A DNA stretch of 64,000 nt from Camelus ferus (Eukaryota), in NCBI RefSeq assembly GCF_009834535.1, contig NC_045697.1, forward strand, positions 58,964,001 to 59,028,000. Direction: 5' to 3'. This document shows positions 37,880 through 51,449 of this stretch, piece after piece. The position numbers and the translations under genes are program-made. The first letter of the stretch is position 1; each line of letters begins with the position of its first letter. The notes under the pieces were generated by a model. The model did no database searches and was not told where the DNA came from. It was given only the letters and a program-made list of their open reading frames with translations.

Positions 37880-38330
37880 CTTTCATCTGGCAAACATGAC
37901 ATACTACTGCTCCAAATCTACTTTTCCAGACTCATCTCTTGACATTGTTCCACCACCTGTGTAATCCATCAGTCACAACGGAACTATCAATCCATCAATG
38001 GCCATCCCCTGTTCCTTGATGTGCCCTTTCACAAGTTATTATATTGCCCTGGAATGAATGACCTCACCCTCCTGGCCTGAGCAACCCCCTCAGTGAATTC
38101 CACAGCCTCCATGAAGGTTTCAAGAGCCTCCAACAAAAGGGAACTTCTCCCACCACTGTTTCCTTAGTAGCTTGTCATAGACTCTTTTAAAGTGCATATA
38201 ATAATTTCTATAGAGTTTCATATCTTTCCCACCAGAATTCAATTTCTCCTGAGCAGGCACATCTAAGTTTTACTTGGCTTAATTTAAAGGAAAAAAAAAA
38301 AAAAGATTGAACCAACCAGTTTTTGTTAAT
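37880..38330 (+). mobile_element. L2 fragment
   Basis: ctacttttccagactcatctct...ccctggaatg...ctcctgagcaggc. Confidence 0.55.
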
Positions 38331-38582
38331 TGAATGTATTTATAGCACTAAGTACCAAAAAATTCATTTCACTCAAGTAATAAAAGAATGTCTGCAAAAC
38401 TTATGTCAATGTGTGGATAAGCTATTAAATACAAATAAAGTAGATTCAATCATATCTACTCTGGAAGAGAGAAATCATATTATTTTCCTGCATAAATGAA
38501 TGAATGTGTAGAACTAAGCTGTGACAAAGAAATTAAGGCAAAAATCTCAAAAAGAAGGAGTATCGATTGGAAAATTTCGTAC

Positions 38583-38632
38583 CTACAATAGTGAGAATGC
38601 AGTGTTTTGGTAGTCTTAAATCACTCAGTACT
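38583..38632 (-). pseudogene. Exon remnant (50 nt)
   Basis: tttttctttaactctaag| ... GTAG|gtacga; one open frame VLSDLRLPKHCILTIV. Confidence 0.45.
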
Positions 38633-39503
38633 CTTAGAGTTAAAGAAAAATACAGAATAGTTGAATATAGATTTATAAAAAATTTAATGCATATAAATTA
38701 CAGCAATAATTCAAAATCAAATAAACATGAATTATTTTAATATGAAGGAAAATAATAAGAAAGTTGATATTTCTAATTTCAAGCTGAATATCTACAATAA
38801 TTTACATTCTAGACATTACAAAGTCCCCTTGCAGAAATTAACTTCAGTAAATTCCAGAAGAAAGAAAATTCTAATTTTACTTCTGACTGACTAATATAAA
38901 GACCTGTCTTACTATTAAGTGATTTGCTGAAGAAGATGCAAATACATGTACTGGCCTAACATTATATTCCTTTAAGTCTTTTATGTTGAAATAAAAACAT
39001 TACTTTTGAAAAGAATTTGCTTGGTCTATAAAATGCATAATTTTATTTCCTAATATTCATATTCACCATAATGGATATGTAATTGAGAGCAAAAGAATGA
39101 ACTAAATAAGAATGATTTAACTAATTTTCTTGGTATACATGTACTAATTTTTAAAAATCTGAATAGTTATTCTATAATTAGACAGTTAAGACAGTAAGAT
39201 AGAAACTGCCTTTTGAAAGGGGTATAATCCTACTAAAATTATTTATCTTTAGTAGCCCATTCATTTTATAGATACGGTATATTTCCTTACAATAGCAAAT
39301 ACTTTGAAATATTTTTACATATTAGTTCAAAAGAAATGTTATTTCTAAAAATATGTAAAATTACATTTTAGTAACTGATTAAACAATATGCTGAATTTTC
39401 AATATTATACTCATAAAAGCATACACTAACTTGAATATAAATATATTAAATATACTTTTAAGTTACTAACAATCATGACTGGCAGCAATAAACTAATAAT
39501 TAC

Positions 39504-39572
39504 CTTAATTTTCTCTTCAGTTGCTAAAAATCCATGTTTTTTTCCTCCAATTTACTGAACATTTAAGCATTT
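39504..39572 (-). pseudogene. Exon remnant KCLNVQ*IGGKKHGFLATEEKIK
   Basis: Ideal acceptor (T)n-acag| and donor AAG|gtaatt; 69 nt; phase 0->0; stops in all three frames. Confidence 0.65.
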
Positions 39573-40924
39573 CTGTAAAAAAAAAAAATTTAATTAGATG
39601 AGAAAAACACATACTTTAAGATTATAGCTGTAAGACTATTTGAGTAACTTATGAATTTCTTTTGTTTGTCAAGTACATTTTTTCCCACAATGCTTAGGGC
39701 ATAGCAGCAGAATGACCTATGAAAACAAAATTCAATCCACCTGACACATCTTCTTATATCATCTAATTTACTATAATGTTCACTGGGAAAAGTTTATGAA
39801 TTTGGTAGGTATGAAATTTAAATGTTTTCCCAATTAAAAGAACATACAAGTTTTTAAAATAAATTCTGAGATTTCCAAGAAATTTTCGAGTTTCCTGTAA
39901 CAGGCACTTCTAGCTAAGATTCTGGGATGTGTTTAATCAGTTTTATCACAAGAACTGCTATGGGGAAAAAATGAGAAATACCTTAGTACATCTTGCTACT
40001 TTATTATATATTATATATACATACATACACACATACACAAACACAAACATAAAAAATATGCATGCTCTGTGTATTTATGTATAAATACTGAGACTGTGAT
40101 TACAATAATTTAAACAAATTCATATTTTAGAAACATTAAGAAAAAATAAAAGATAACAGTTTATTTAAATGGTAAATTTATAAGGTTTTTTGTCTTCATT
40201 TTCTTTAAATTGCCATAATATTTTCTATGTCTGTTATGATTAAACTAGTATTAATATGCCAGACATTTTACAATAAAGGAGTAATGTTAAAAAAATAAAT
40301 ATATAAAAATAAATTTCAAAAAGGAGTAGCATTTCAAAGTATTTTGTTTGGAATTTCAGTGTTTTCTAAGTGTTCTGCAATTGCCCACATCAATTTTTGA
40401 ACTTTGTAGTGAGTCTATTTAAGGGCTTTATACAAACACCACTTGTTTTAACTAATACGATACTTAGTATTTATTATGCTATTCATATTATTATGCTACT
40501 AGCAGATGGTTAAATAATCATATATGTGCCGAAACAATGACAAGTGTCTACTATCTATTCTAGACTCTTGTCCCCAAATGGGATAAGGGATTAAATACAG
40601 GCAGAAAGTCATTAGCATAAAATTAAAATTGAATTCTCCTTTACAGAATCACTATTGATTACCATCAGATATTTATGTGAGCAAACTAGTGAAAAACTAT
40701 TCACTGATAAAAGCATTACATTTTGTTTGAGAATTTTAAAATATTAAAGCAATGGAAATCACTATTTTTTTTGTGAGATTTGACTACCCATATCTGGCCA
40801 ATTATTGAGGTTTTGTACCACAAGAGCAATCTAAGTCCACGTTTGAATGGCACATTTGACTCCTTGAACAGGAAACTAAAAGCTATTTTTCAATCAACCT
40901 CTTGAGTTTTTCTGCAGAACCATA

Positions 40925-41034
40925 CTTTCAACAAATCAAATATGTTCCTTTAAGAACTACTGGCTCGTTACATAAAGTATTTTCTCCTGATTTTTGAAGA
41001 CAAAGCATATCCTCTTTTGCAATATTCTACATAT
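40925..41034 (-). pseudogene. Possible exon remnant YVEYCKRGYALSSKIRRKYFM*
   Basis: catgcttgttcag| ... AAA|gtatgg; frame ambiguous. Confidence 0.35.
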
Positions 41035-42529
41035 CTGAACAAGCATGAACAATGACAGAACAGGTCCTCCTGCAAACATCCTCACCCTTTAGATCTTTCT
41101 TTATTTCCTCGCATTAGGAAGTTCTGAGATCCAAGCAAGACTTACTCCACAAAGTTCTCCCTGATTGCACCAGACCCACTCCATCACAGAAGGAACCAGT
41201 CATACCTTCCCTGATGCTCCCGCAGCTCTTTGTGTATTCTTCTATTTTGCTGAACCGTACACTGTAATGTGGATTGCTTGAGAACAGGAACTGGGACCAC
41301 TTTTTCAATTTAAACTACCCCTCCCTAAAGAACTAAGCACCTCATATGGCCTCAAAAATGCTGCCTGGGTGAACAAAACATTACTTTTTTTTTTTAGTTA
41401 AGAACTTAAATTTATTTATTGGAAACTGTTTGTATTGGCCTCACATAAATTGAGACCAAGAACAAAAATGCACCATTATATGTATCTCTGATTTTGTTCA
41501 CATAACATTCTTTATGGGTTCTTTTTCTATTTATACAGGAGAACAGAGGTTCTTCAGTTTAGTTTCTCTATTCAACATCTCAGTACTTTATTCAATTACA
41601 GCCACTTAAGGCACTTAAGAGTTAGTAGATAGCTCGGAGGAAAACAAGCACACATAGGGTCATGGAGCCTCCCAAGAGGAAGAAGTCCTGATCTAAGGTA
41701 AAATACAGGAAAGGGAAAGAGGTGTGGACAGGTAAGAGGAACAGAAAAGCAAATAGAAGGCAAGGAAAGGTATCATATCAAATGATATTGTTCTATCACT
41801 ATGAAATAATAAGCCTGAGTTTCTTTTCTAATTAGGAACCCTGTCTAAAAAGGCTTTTTAAAATGAGCTACTAGAATTATTTTTGAGCGATGTGACTACT
41901 TTGAAGAAAAGCACTCGTGGAGGATATAAAAATTTGGCGTGTTTATGTTTTCATCACTGTTCAAAAGTTACCCAGAAAACACTCAAAATTATTGCAATTC
42001 ACTCTAGCTTTTGAAAACTAGATGGAAATACTTTGGGTGTGAACGCTAGATTGCGTTAATTAAAAGTTAAATTAAACCATGCTTTAGATAAAATGAAAAC
42101 AAACACATATATAAGACATCAAAAATGGAAAATATTTTAACATTAAGGTTTGATTCTCTAGTTAAAAAAAAAAACATGATAAAGATGAATGTTCAAGGTA
42201 AACTTTCTAATCCTGAGATAGCATGTTAAAAAAGTAGAGTAACTCCCTTCTTTCCTACCTTCCTTCCCTCACTTAAGAGTTACAAGTTTACTCAGTTGTC
42301 CAAGCACTGTCCTAGGTACTGTGGATTCAGGAGTGAACTGAACAGAAAAAAACATCACTTATAGAATTTACACTTACATTCTCAATGGGGAATAAGAAAT
42401 GAATGAGGAAAAGAGAGAAAGAAAAAGAGAAAGCCTGACTTAATATTTTTAAGATTTATTAAAAATATTTGAAAAATTTAAACACAATTTTGAACAATTT
42501 ATATCCTCATTTAAATTAAAAAAATTAAA

Positions 42530-42690
42530 GAACTTAAACACTTAATTTATATTCTCACCTAACCTTTACAAAAGTCTTCTGAGGTTGGTATGAACTTTAT
42601 CTTTATTTTATAAATAAATACTCTGAGACACTAAGTGGAAAAGTCAGAATTCAAATACAAGTTGTCCAAATTCAGAGCCTATACCCTGGA
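42530..42690 (-). mobile_element. MIR SINE
   Basis: tgaggttggt...tttataaataaatactctgagac...agaattcaaatacaagttgtccaaattcagagcc. Confidence 0.55.
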
Positions 42691-42721
42691 GTTTCTCAAA
42701 TAGTTTTTTACTGATTATTAC

Positions 42722-42898
42722 TGTTCATGTATGTTAAGCGGATGTTTATAATGGAAGGCAGAAAATAAGCGTCCTTATATGAATTTCTCAGGAAATAGTC
42801 ACCTCAGAATTTCCTAACACTGATGACTATTAGAAGGTGACTTCACATTCTGATATTTAAATGAGATTCCAGGAAATCCCAGTAAAAATTAGTCTGGA
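42722..42898 (-). pseudogene. Exon remnant QTNFYWDFLESHLNIRM*SHLLIVISVRKF*GDYFLRNSYKDAYFLPSIINIRLTYMN
   Basis: gtcttttcatcttaag| ... AACA|gtaata; 177 nt; two TGA stops; RGS-like helices. Confidence 0.6.
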
Positions 42899-43519
42899 CT
42901 TAAGATGAAAAGACATTTTATTGTCTTTGCCTGTGTGACTTTAATTCCAAATGTATTTGACGATATCTCCTACTGAACTGTCCAGGAAAGGATCATGAGG
43001 CAATGAAGATGTGCTATGTACAAACATATTTTTAAAGGATCATTCTGGTGTCAGTTAATAGATGGTCTGCAGCCTAAGATGACAGTGATATTTTTAAAAG
43101 ATCAATGAGAACTGAGATTTTTTTTTGAAATACAGTGAATCGAAGAAATCATTATAAGGTTTTTTTGTGGGGTTTTATTTGCCTATGAGTGTTAGTCCTT
43201 AAATCACTTTTAGACTTAAACAAATATGGGGTACCCACAATTAATTATCTGTAAAATGAAGTATATGGCCTTCACATCTATCATTTCAAATTATTTGGAA
43301 GTTAAGAATTTATGAGACAAAGCTCTATAGATACATTAATGGCATTTATGAAATTCCACCTCCATAACTTCAACTAGCCCTTCAAATGTTGTCTCTTTAC
43401 TTACGATGTTCAAGCCATTTCCAACTACTCCCCTTCAGGCTCTCCATCTACTAGTCTATATGAGTTATCCTCAGATCTTTTCTACCCTAATTCCTTATTT
43501 ATAACCATCATTATATACT

Positions 43520-43720
43520 ACCATATTACTCTCTCTGTAGAGTATTCAGATGTGTTTTTCAGCTCTATTCCCAATACCATAACCATCACAGCCATGTGAA
43601 GCAAGCAAAGGGGAATTATTTCTACTTTACAGATTAGAAAGCTGCATCTCATAAAGATTTTCATGGTTATCAAGTGATGGGGCCAAGGCAAGAATCCAAA
43701 GTATTTGACTCTTAGTTTGG
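43520..43720 (-). mobile_element. MIR SINE
   Basis: ctactttacagattagaaagctg...gtgatggggccaaggcaagaatccaaagtatttgactc. Confidence 0.65.
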
Positions 43721-44319
43721 CCACCTGCTGTTACATGTTGCCACCACTGGCCCCCAGCCTGCCATATTGCAATAGCACCTTGATATCCTGAGCACTATTC
43801 TATCTCCTCTTAAATCTACCTTGCAAACAGTTGCGAGAGTAATCTGAGACCTCATTTTCCTCATGATGGTTTTCTGCTGAGTAATCTAAAAAACCACCCT
43901 ATTGCTTTCCATAGAGTCTGGCTTTCAAGATCCTCTGTAGAATGAATACCCTTTTTTCCATTATAAACATCTCTTTGACACTACTTCATTAAACAGAATT
44001 TCCCATCAGCCAGCTTGGGTTCCTGACTGGCTCCTCAGGTAGCCTGTTAATGTAAACCCTTGATCCAAGAATGCTCACTTACTGCACTTTCTCTAACTGC
44101 ATGCTTTGACTACCATGTTAATATTATGCTAAGGGCTAATCTTCCCATGAAATTATCCTCAACATTTTGAGCATAAACACATCTCTGAACTCCTGGTACA
44201 TTTTAAATCAGGAATACCAAGTTTAGTTCTAAATGTGCCATATTTTCCACATGTGGTAGTTTTGGGGCCCCAAGAATGCATGCCATTGTATAAAGAAGAG
44301 TACCTTGGGGAAGACTTTT

Positions 44320-44920
44320 AAATCAATAAAATCGCCATTTGGACAAAATCGCCAAAAACAACTGTTTCAGGACTATGGAAATTGACTAGTCATACAACAA
44401 GTTGAGTACTTACACCAGAAGAACTACTCTATTTTGGAAAGAGCAGTGGGGATGCTGTGGCATTTTTGCCTAGAAATCTTCTCATCTCTCCCCCTGTCTC
44501 CAGCTAGACTCTTAGGTCATAAAACAAATCTTAATACATTTAAAAGGACTGAAATCATATAAAATGAGTTGTCTAACCAAAATAGAATTACACTAAAAAT
44601 AAAAAAGACAAATTTTGGAAATCCCTAAATATTTGCAAATTTTAAAAATTTTCTCTAAATATTCCATGCATCAAAGAAAAAAAAAATCACAAGAGAAATT
44701 TTAAGATATTTTCAACCAAAGGAAAACTAAAGCACAAAAAAACAAATTTTACAGAACACAGCTAAAGTAGTGTTCAAAAGAAATTCCTTATTTTAAATAC
44801 CTGTATTAGAAAAGAAGTATGTTCCCACACAAATAACTAAAGCTTATACCTTACATGGAAGTAAGAAAAGAGCAAACTAAATGCAAAATTATCTAAAAGA
44901 AGGGAATAATAAAGGAAAAA
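44320..44920 (+). mobile_element. L1M fragments (5' region plus ORF2 piece)
   Basis: ttaggtcataaaacaaatcttaatacatttaaaaggactgaaatcata...acagctaaagtagtgttc...tattagaaaagaag. Confidence 0.8.
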
Positions 44921-45349
44921 ATGTGTAATGTTGACCAGAAGACCAATGTTAAAATGAAAGCACTCCCACTAACTATTAATTTTACATTATCAAAAATTCT
45001 GTGCCTTTTTCAGCCCTTAGTATTTTCATTTTTAACACGAATAAATTAGAATAAATTACTCATAATCTTTCTCCCCATGGAAAAAATATAACATGTTTTT
45101 TGGAACAGCCAACAGACCTACAAAAGATATAAATAATACACAAATGAACAAATGATAGTTTATTAGGGGAAAAGGATTGCAGACAATCCAAAACTGAGAA
45201 TAATCCTCAAAACTCAATCAATATATTACCCAACATTTTGACTTATAAACGGCTAAATTTTGTTGAGATGAATATCAAAATGTTATAATTAATGCAAGAT
45301 AAGGGAAGAAATGTATTAAGGTAACAGTCAGTTTGGTTGCCTGCAAACA

Positions 45350-45430
45350 GAGGATAGGATTGGCTAGGATAGGGTAAGATAAAGCAGAATACGATAGGGT
45401 AGGGTAGGCAAATGGAAGAGAAGGGAAGAA
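45350..45430. repeat. Degenerate (GGATA/GGGTA)n pentamer repeat
   Basis: Direct reading. Confidence 0.7.
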
Positions 45431-47069
45431 CCCTTAGTTAGTGTCTACTGTATACACAGCCTCTGTGGTTAATACCTAGGATTAGGACAGCGCACACAAA
45501 GTTCTCGCCCTCAGAGAGAACAGTATTTATTTATTAAAATCAAAACCAAAGAATGGGCCTTTTACTTAGTTTGTAATTCATTTACACAAAGATATTTTTT
45601 GCCCCACAGAAATGGTAATGTCCTGATTAGTCAGAGGTTCACAGCATCTGTAACACCAAACCTCTCATCTTGGTTAAGGCACTGTAATTAAGAGGCAATT
45701 CCTTCACGGGTCTGTCTCTGCTGTATTCTTTGGCCTTGATAAAGATACTAACAAGCAAGAACATTATTCTCCCCCAAGTATACAAAACTAGCCAAAGCTT
45801 TCATACCCACAAGCACCTCCTTCTTCAGGTTTTGCCTGGGACTGACTCACATGCTTTACCTTGTTCCTACATAAGGAACCACACAGGTACTGCCCTATCA
45901 AAAGGGAGACAATGCAACCCGCTGTGAATAATTCAGCATCAGAAAGAGTTCAAGCATTCTGTCATTCTCAGGAAAATGAGAAGCTTCCTATGATGGGAGA
46001 AAAGATGGTCAAATATACAACAGGCGTGACTACTGAAGGTTAGAACCAATACCTAGAAAAAGACTGTTCATAATGGAGACTCTGTGTGGGCAGGATGGAT
46101 TCATGACTGGGGGCAGAAGGGCTTCCCGCTCTCCTTTAACACTTCTGCATTACAAGTAGTCAGCAGCCTGTGGCTCTAACCCCAAGAAGAGTTGGTGAGC
46201 CTCCAGGAAGATTATTTCCTCAACAATGTACATTCTTTTCTTTCTCTGCCTGAGAAACAGCTCTCAACTTTTCAATATAAAAAGCAACCATCCAATTGAA
46301 CCTGTGTTTTTAACCCTCAAAACTGGCTATGTTTTAACTATAATGATACATAACATACCTGCATCCTAATTGTAGTTTCCAAATTCTATGATAATAGGAG
46401 TTATCTAGCTTCCTCCATTTAAAATAAAATTTGCCTACTCTATAATTTAAAATAAACATTCTCTGGTGGAACACACTGAAATCTACCTTATTACTTACAA
46501 CACATAGTATTAACTGTTAAAAAAAAACATGTTTACATGTCTATGGCAGAATGGTTTAAAATAATTTGAACAGTTTGCATTATAAGTAATGAAAATATAA
46601 CAATAATTTAGTACTTAAGGAGTTTTATTTATGAAGATTATTTAGATCAATGTTCATTTGTTTCAACTTCAGTAGCAATATTACAAATTTTAAATAGTAA
46701 GTATTTTTTAAATACAGAAGAGTCAGGAAAAATGGGGTCTCAGAATTCCTGTTAAAATAGGAAACTACAATTCATAAATTATATACAATTAATTTTTAAA
46801 ATGTACCTCAACCAAGTGATACTGATTGCTACTGCTTCTTTGAACATACATTTTAAAACTCATAGTATTTCCTCTTTTTTTAAGATGGATTACATAAAGA
46901 AAAGATATAGTTACCTTTTTCTTTATACATATGTATATTTGAAAAGTTGCATATGAATTAATTTATTTTGAATGTAATGGAATTATTTGCTATTTAAATG
47001 ATCTCTAAGTAATTTTGAAATAAAATGCATAATAATCAACTTTCAATGTGTATTATTTAAACAGTCTAC

Positions 47070-47271
47070 CATCGATCCATCTCCTCTCCTTTGACACCAG
47101 CCAAACAGACACCGGAACCTAACCTGAAATCCAGGTGCTAGAACAGTATCATCCTGAATAACTCAGGGAGTACACTTGCTGATTCATATGGGAATTATCT
47201 CAGAATTATGGATGTAGGAAATCTTGTGTTTATTTCATGTTTGAAATTTAAATAAGAAACCTTAAAATGCA
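47070..47271 (-). pseudogene. Possible exon remnant HFKVSYLNFKHEINTRFP...
   Basis: atatcttttcag| ... ATG|gtagac; two stops in about 67 codons. Confidence 0.4.
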
Positions 47272-47506
47272 CTGAAAAGATATTTTTCTTTAAACATTAT
47301 CCTATCCTTAATTATCAGGTTTTCTGTTCACAAAAATGTACTCTCCTTTCACGGATGATTAAGACAAATAAAACAGATTAATCTCAAACAATTACACATA
47401 AGGAAAATTCCCTAAGAACAATTTATTGTGCCAACTCATACTACCAGATATTTTCAGCAGGCTAACAAATGAATTTTTTAAAACATAATTCCTGGATATT
47501 TTATAC

Positions 47507-47744
47507 TTAAGGAGTTTCTGACTGTCAGTTCTAGAAAGATGATTTTCATCTCCCATGTCTATGAGGCCAAATTGTCAGCTGATATCAGTCCCAAGGAAAA
47601 TACAATATGCCAGAATCCGCACAGAGTTTTACTCAATATGAGGACCTGGCGTCTAATGAAGTGTTCTCAAAGGTTTAAGAGAGTTCGGATTGCCAAATCA
47701 GACACTGAATCTCAGATGAGCTTTTTCCAAAAATCCTCATTCCA
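47507..47744 (-). pseudogene. Possible exon remnant WNEDFWKKLI*...IRRQVLILSKTLCGFWHIVF
   Basis: Poly-T tract plus aatgaccag| acceptor; donor weak. Confidence 0.4.
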
Positions 47745-47955
47745 CTGGTCATTAAAAAAAAAAAAAAATCAATAAATGTATTCTAACTAAAGTTTAAAAA
47801 GCTTCTGAGAAGTGACCTCTGCCAAAGTCTGTTGGGCACGTTCCAGCTGTGCAGGGGGCAGGGTGTGGGATCAAAAACCAGAAAGAAAGAAAGAAATGCT
47901 TTTTGCAGAAGTGAAAAAAAAAATCTGGCTGCAGGACTAAAAGGGATTAGCTTAC

Positions 47956-48201
47956 ATATCAAATACCAGATTTCCACTGCGCTGCTACTTTGCTTTCTCC
48001 TCTTTTTTTTTTTTTTTCTGTCCCATTCTTACACTGCCTGTAGTTCATTGCATGAAGCTTTACTTCTCATTTTGTATAAGATTTCAAGCAGAAAATCTGG
48101 AGTACTGAGATCTTCAAATTGATGTGCATTATATGCCACAGTAATCAGTGCCTTATTTGAGACTCCACCAATTGGAAATCAGATCAATCTAATGTACAAT
48201 C
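47956..48201 (-). pseudogene. Exon remnant FPIGGVSNKALITVAYNAHQFEDLSTPDFLLEILYKMRSKASCNELQAV*
   Basis: Long pyrimidine tract...cctgattaag| ... TAT|gtaagc; 49 open codons. Confidence 0.55.
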
Positions 48202-49060
48202 CTTAATCAGGAAATACATTGAAAAAAGAAAAAAGTCACACTGCACTAAACTTCAATGAACTTGACTCATGGAGAGGCCCTCAATTAACACTTAGTTATT
48301 CTTTATTTTCTATAGAGTTCTTTCAAATAGAAATCAGGGGAGACAGCACACTGACATACTGACAGACAAACCACCACCACAAACACCTAAAGTTCTGAGG
48401 AAAACCAAAAGCTACCTAGAAACATTGGAAATGGTTTAATTCAAACTACCAAACATCTGGAGTTTGGCCACTTTAATTGGGTGCATATTTGCCTCAATTT
48501 TTCAGAAAGTTTTCTGTGTGCAAAGAACACCTTGCCCAAACAAGGTTCTATATAACTGATTTCTTACACACGCACAATTCAAACCGGTCATCAATCAATA
48601 AAGTCAAATTATGCTGGTATTACAATTAAAAGTTAACACCCTTGATAAAGTTTAAAGTATGCGTATACATATGTATACACTTTACACACCTCTCTGGATT
48701 ACCTTACTTTTAAGTACATCTATTTTATTTCCATAAATTATGTACATAAAAAGAAAAACACATAAACCCACATTTTAAGCTATTTATATATCATGTCCCC
48801 AGGTGGGGGAAAATTCACATCATTCCTTCCAAATAATGTCCACTAGAATTTTTTTTTAATTGGTTTTTTTGGGGAGGAAGAGTACTTATCCACAGATATT
48901 TTAAAAGTAATGAGCATTGCTTAAGCAATCAATACAACTTTAAAAAAGTAAGGTCTATAAAACTGAAACAGTATTTTTCACAGATAACAGGTCGAAAAAC
49001 GTAACATAACACAAAAAAACTGAGATCACTGAATTAAAATATTGTTTTTTTTAAACTTAC

Positions 49061-49147
49061 TTGGTATTGAATTTAGAGTCCATTGTTACTGAATAGAAAG
49101 AATTTACTTTGAAGTATGGATTTAGGAGGGATAAAAGGAAACACTAA
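49061..49147 (-). pseudogene. Exon remnant LVFPFIPPKSILQSKFFLFSNNGL*IQYQ
   Basis: tttttattttaacag| ... CAA|gtaagt; 87 nt; phase 0->0; one stop. Confidence 0.6.
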
Positions 49148-50385
49148 CTGTTAAAATAAAAATATTTTCTATTTTTTTTCTACTTTTCTTCTAACAAATA
49201 AAGTTAAATCCTCATATTCATATGAGATAAAGCATGCAAATATAAATTTATTTATAACTATAAATGAAAATAAAGTTTTACATCGCATATTTCTTCAAGA
49301 CAGCACTGAAATCTAAGTGACCATGTTTTATAGAAAAGTCATATACCTATCCCCTCTTACATGATTATTATATCCCTGTTATAACTGTATGAATGGCAAG
49401 CTATACATATTACAGTTAAAAATCAAGATCAAAGATGAACAAGGTATTTCTGGAAGAGTAGGAGAGAAAAAGTTTGAAAAACTTGGCTGAAATCTTTTTT
49501 CACCCTTCAAAATTGATTTTTTTTCCTTCTAATCCTTGGCAAAATTCCTACTAATAGGCAACAGCTTTTAAATTTTAATATTTCAACTTGTAATTTTAAC
49601 CTCCATTCTACTAAAATGGATGAAAATTTAGAATACATTAAAAAGGCAAACTTCTGTATCTATTTAGATTTCAAGTAAGAAAACTTCATAGTCATTTTCA
49701 TTCAATAATCAATCCAATAAACAAAGCCAGAGTAAACCTGAAGCTGGGTTAGCTAACAGAGCTACAAAAGTGAATTAGACATTACTCCTGCTCCTAGGAC
49801 CCTCAGAGCCAATTGTGAAAATTCTTCACAATGTACAACATCTTGGTTTGGAGCTATTTAATTATCAATATTAGGGATACAAATAATAACAGTAACAACA
49901 AAACAACACTAAAAATTGCTTAAGAGGTCAACTAACTTAATCAAAGCACAATTTAGATTACAATCTGGACAAACTATGTTAATAGCATAGTGAAGTACAA
50001 AGGAAAATATACTGAAAATATTACCTAAATGACAAATAAAAATAAAATCTTTCTCTACTTCACTGCAGTCAAAGAAAGTCAAATGCAACTTGATCTAATT
50101 AAGCCAATTTAGGATACACAACTACTTAAAAGCCTGGGCTACACTAAGTGATGAAGGCAAAATGGATTCAGTCCAAATCTGCTTTATTTATTTAGATTCT
50201 ATTTATTACGGCTATATTTTATTATACAGTAGTTAAAAAAAAAAAAAACCTACAAGGCGACATCCTGTTTTTTTCCACTGGGAAAAATGATGCAGATGCA
50301 CTATTAAAACTCAGCACAGACAGCAGCATGCCAGGCTGCATTCCACTTGTGCCTTTATAATGTGTCAGTAGACAATGATGCTTAC

Positions 50386-50484
50386 GTGGCTAATGATGAA
50401 GTTAGCCAAATTACTGCCACTTAAATATTCCATAAAATTGTGGCTTTACAGAAATCTAGAACCTTTTCAGCATCTCTAGTGACT
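50386..50484 (-). pseudogene. Exon remnant VTRDAEKVLDFCKATILWNI*
   Basis: cttttccttccaatatgtatag| ... CAC|gtaagc; 99 nt. Confidence 0.5.
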
Positions 50485-50908
50485 CTATACATATTGGAAG
50501 GAAAAGAGTTGTTTTAAAATAAAGCAATTAAGTAGCATCATTTCTTTAAAAAAAAAAAAAGTCAATTTTCCCCCCTCAAATTACTACCCTATTTTCAGGG
50601 AAAGTAGCTGATATTTCATCAGATTGTAAATTTTAAACCCTAGGTCAAATTAGTTATTTAATAAGTCGTCTAATGTGTTGAGAAAGTGAATGAAATTCAC
50701 AACAGAATTCAGATAATAACTTTTGTAAGCTCAACAAGTATCATCTTTCTTCCTTTCATCATTATTCTCATAAATCTATATTCATCCTTTGTTGAAAATG
50801 TTGCAGGCATTATAAGAATTTGACTGTACAAACCAGAAATACTCATTTGTTTTCTGTTTTTTGGGAAGGGGAGAGAAAAGAGAAGGAAAATGAGTTTTTG
50901 GTTAATAC

Positions 50909-51314
50909 TTGAAGCTTCTAAGATATTAACTGGTGTTCTACAGTTCTATGCACTTAAGAAAGTATTTTGGTGCAAAGCTTGAGGAGTTCCAGGAATTGCT
51001 TTTAGTGCTGAATCAAAAGCAACTTTAGGTTTGCTGCTATAAAGCATGCCCTCAAAACTTCTGTTGATTCGAAAACTGAGGTCCTGACATGCAACAGGAC
51101 CACTGCGAACTACACTTGGACCACATGAAAACGTACAGCAGGAATGGCACCAAGGATGCATTTCCCTTGCTTCCAGTATGTGGAGGATGTAATTCTTTTT
51201 GAGACAGTTTAGCTCAAATGGTCTCAAATATGAAGTAGCCTGTGTTTGCTGAGAGTCTCCTCTACACTTTTTCCATTTCCCAAAGTATCGGTCTCTTCAG
51301 CAGTTTCTGTAGAG
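50909..51314 (-). pseudogene. Large exon remnant (contains ORF 50946-51227)
   Basis: ctacttttctctag|; more than 110 open codons in one frame; relatively GC-rich unique sequence; donor weak. Confidence 0.5.
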
Positions 51315-51449
51315 CTAGAGAAAAGTAGATTTTGCATTTTACAAAAATCACTTAAACTTCTGAGTGTAGACTGCATTGAAGTTGGATTTTTTTTGGCATT
51401 GTGATCTCCAAAGTCAAATAGTGAAGTAAAGTCAACAGTAAAAATTTAC

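Noticed and set aside
48663..48678. 16-bp perfect palindrome GTATACATATGTATAC
   Set aside because: Low-complexity TA/CA-derived sequence with no supporting context.
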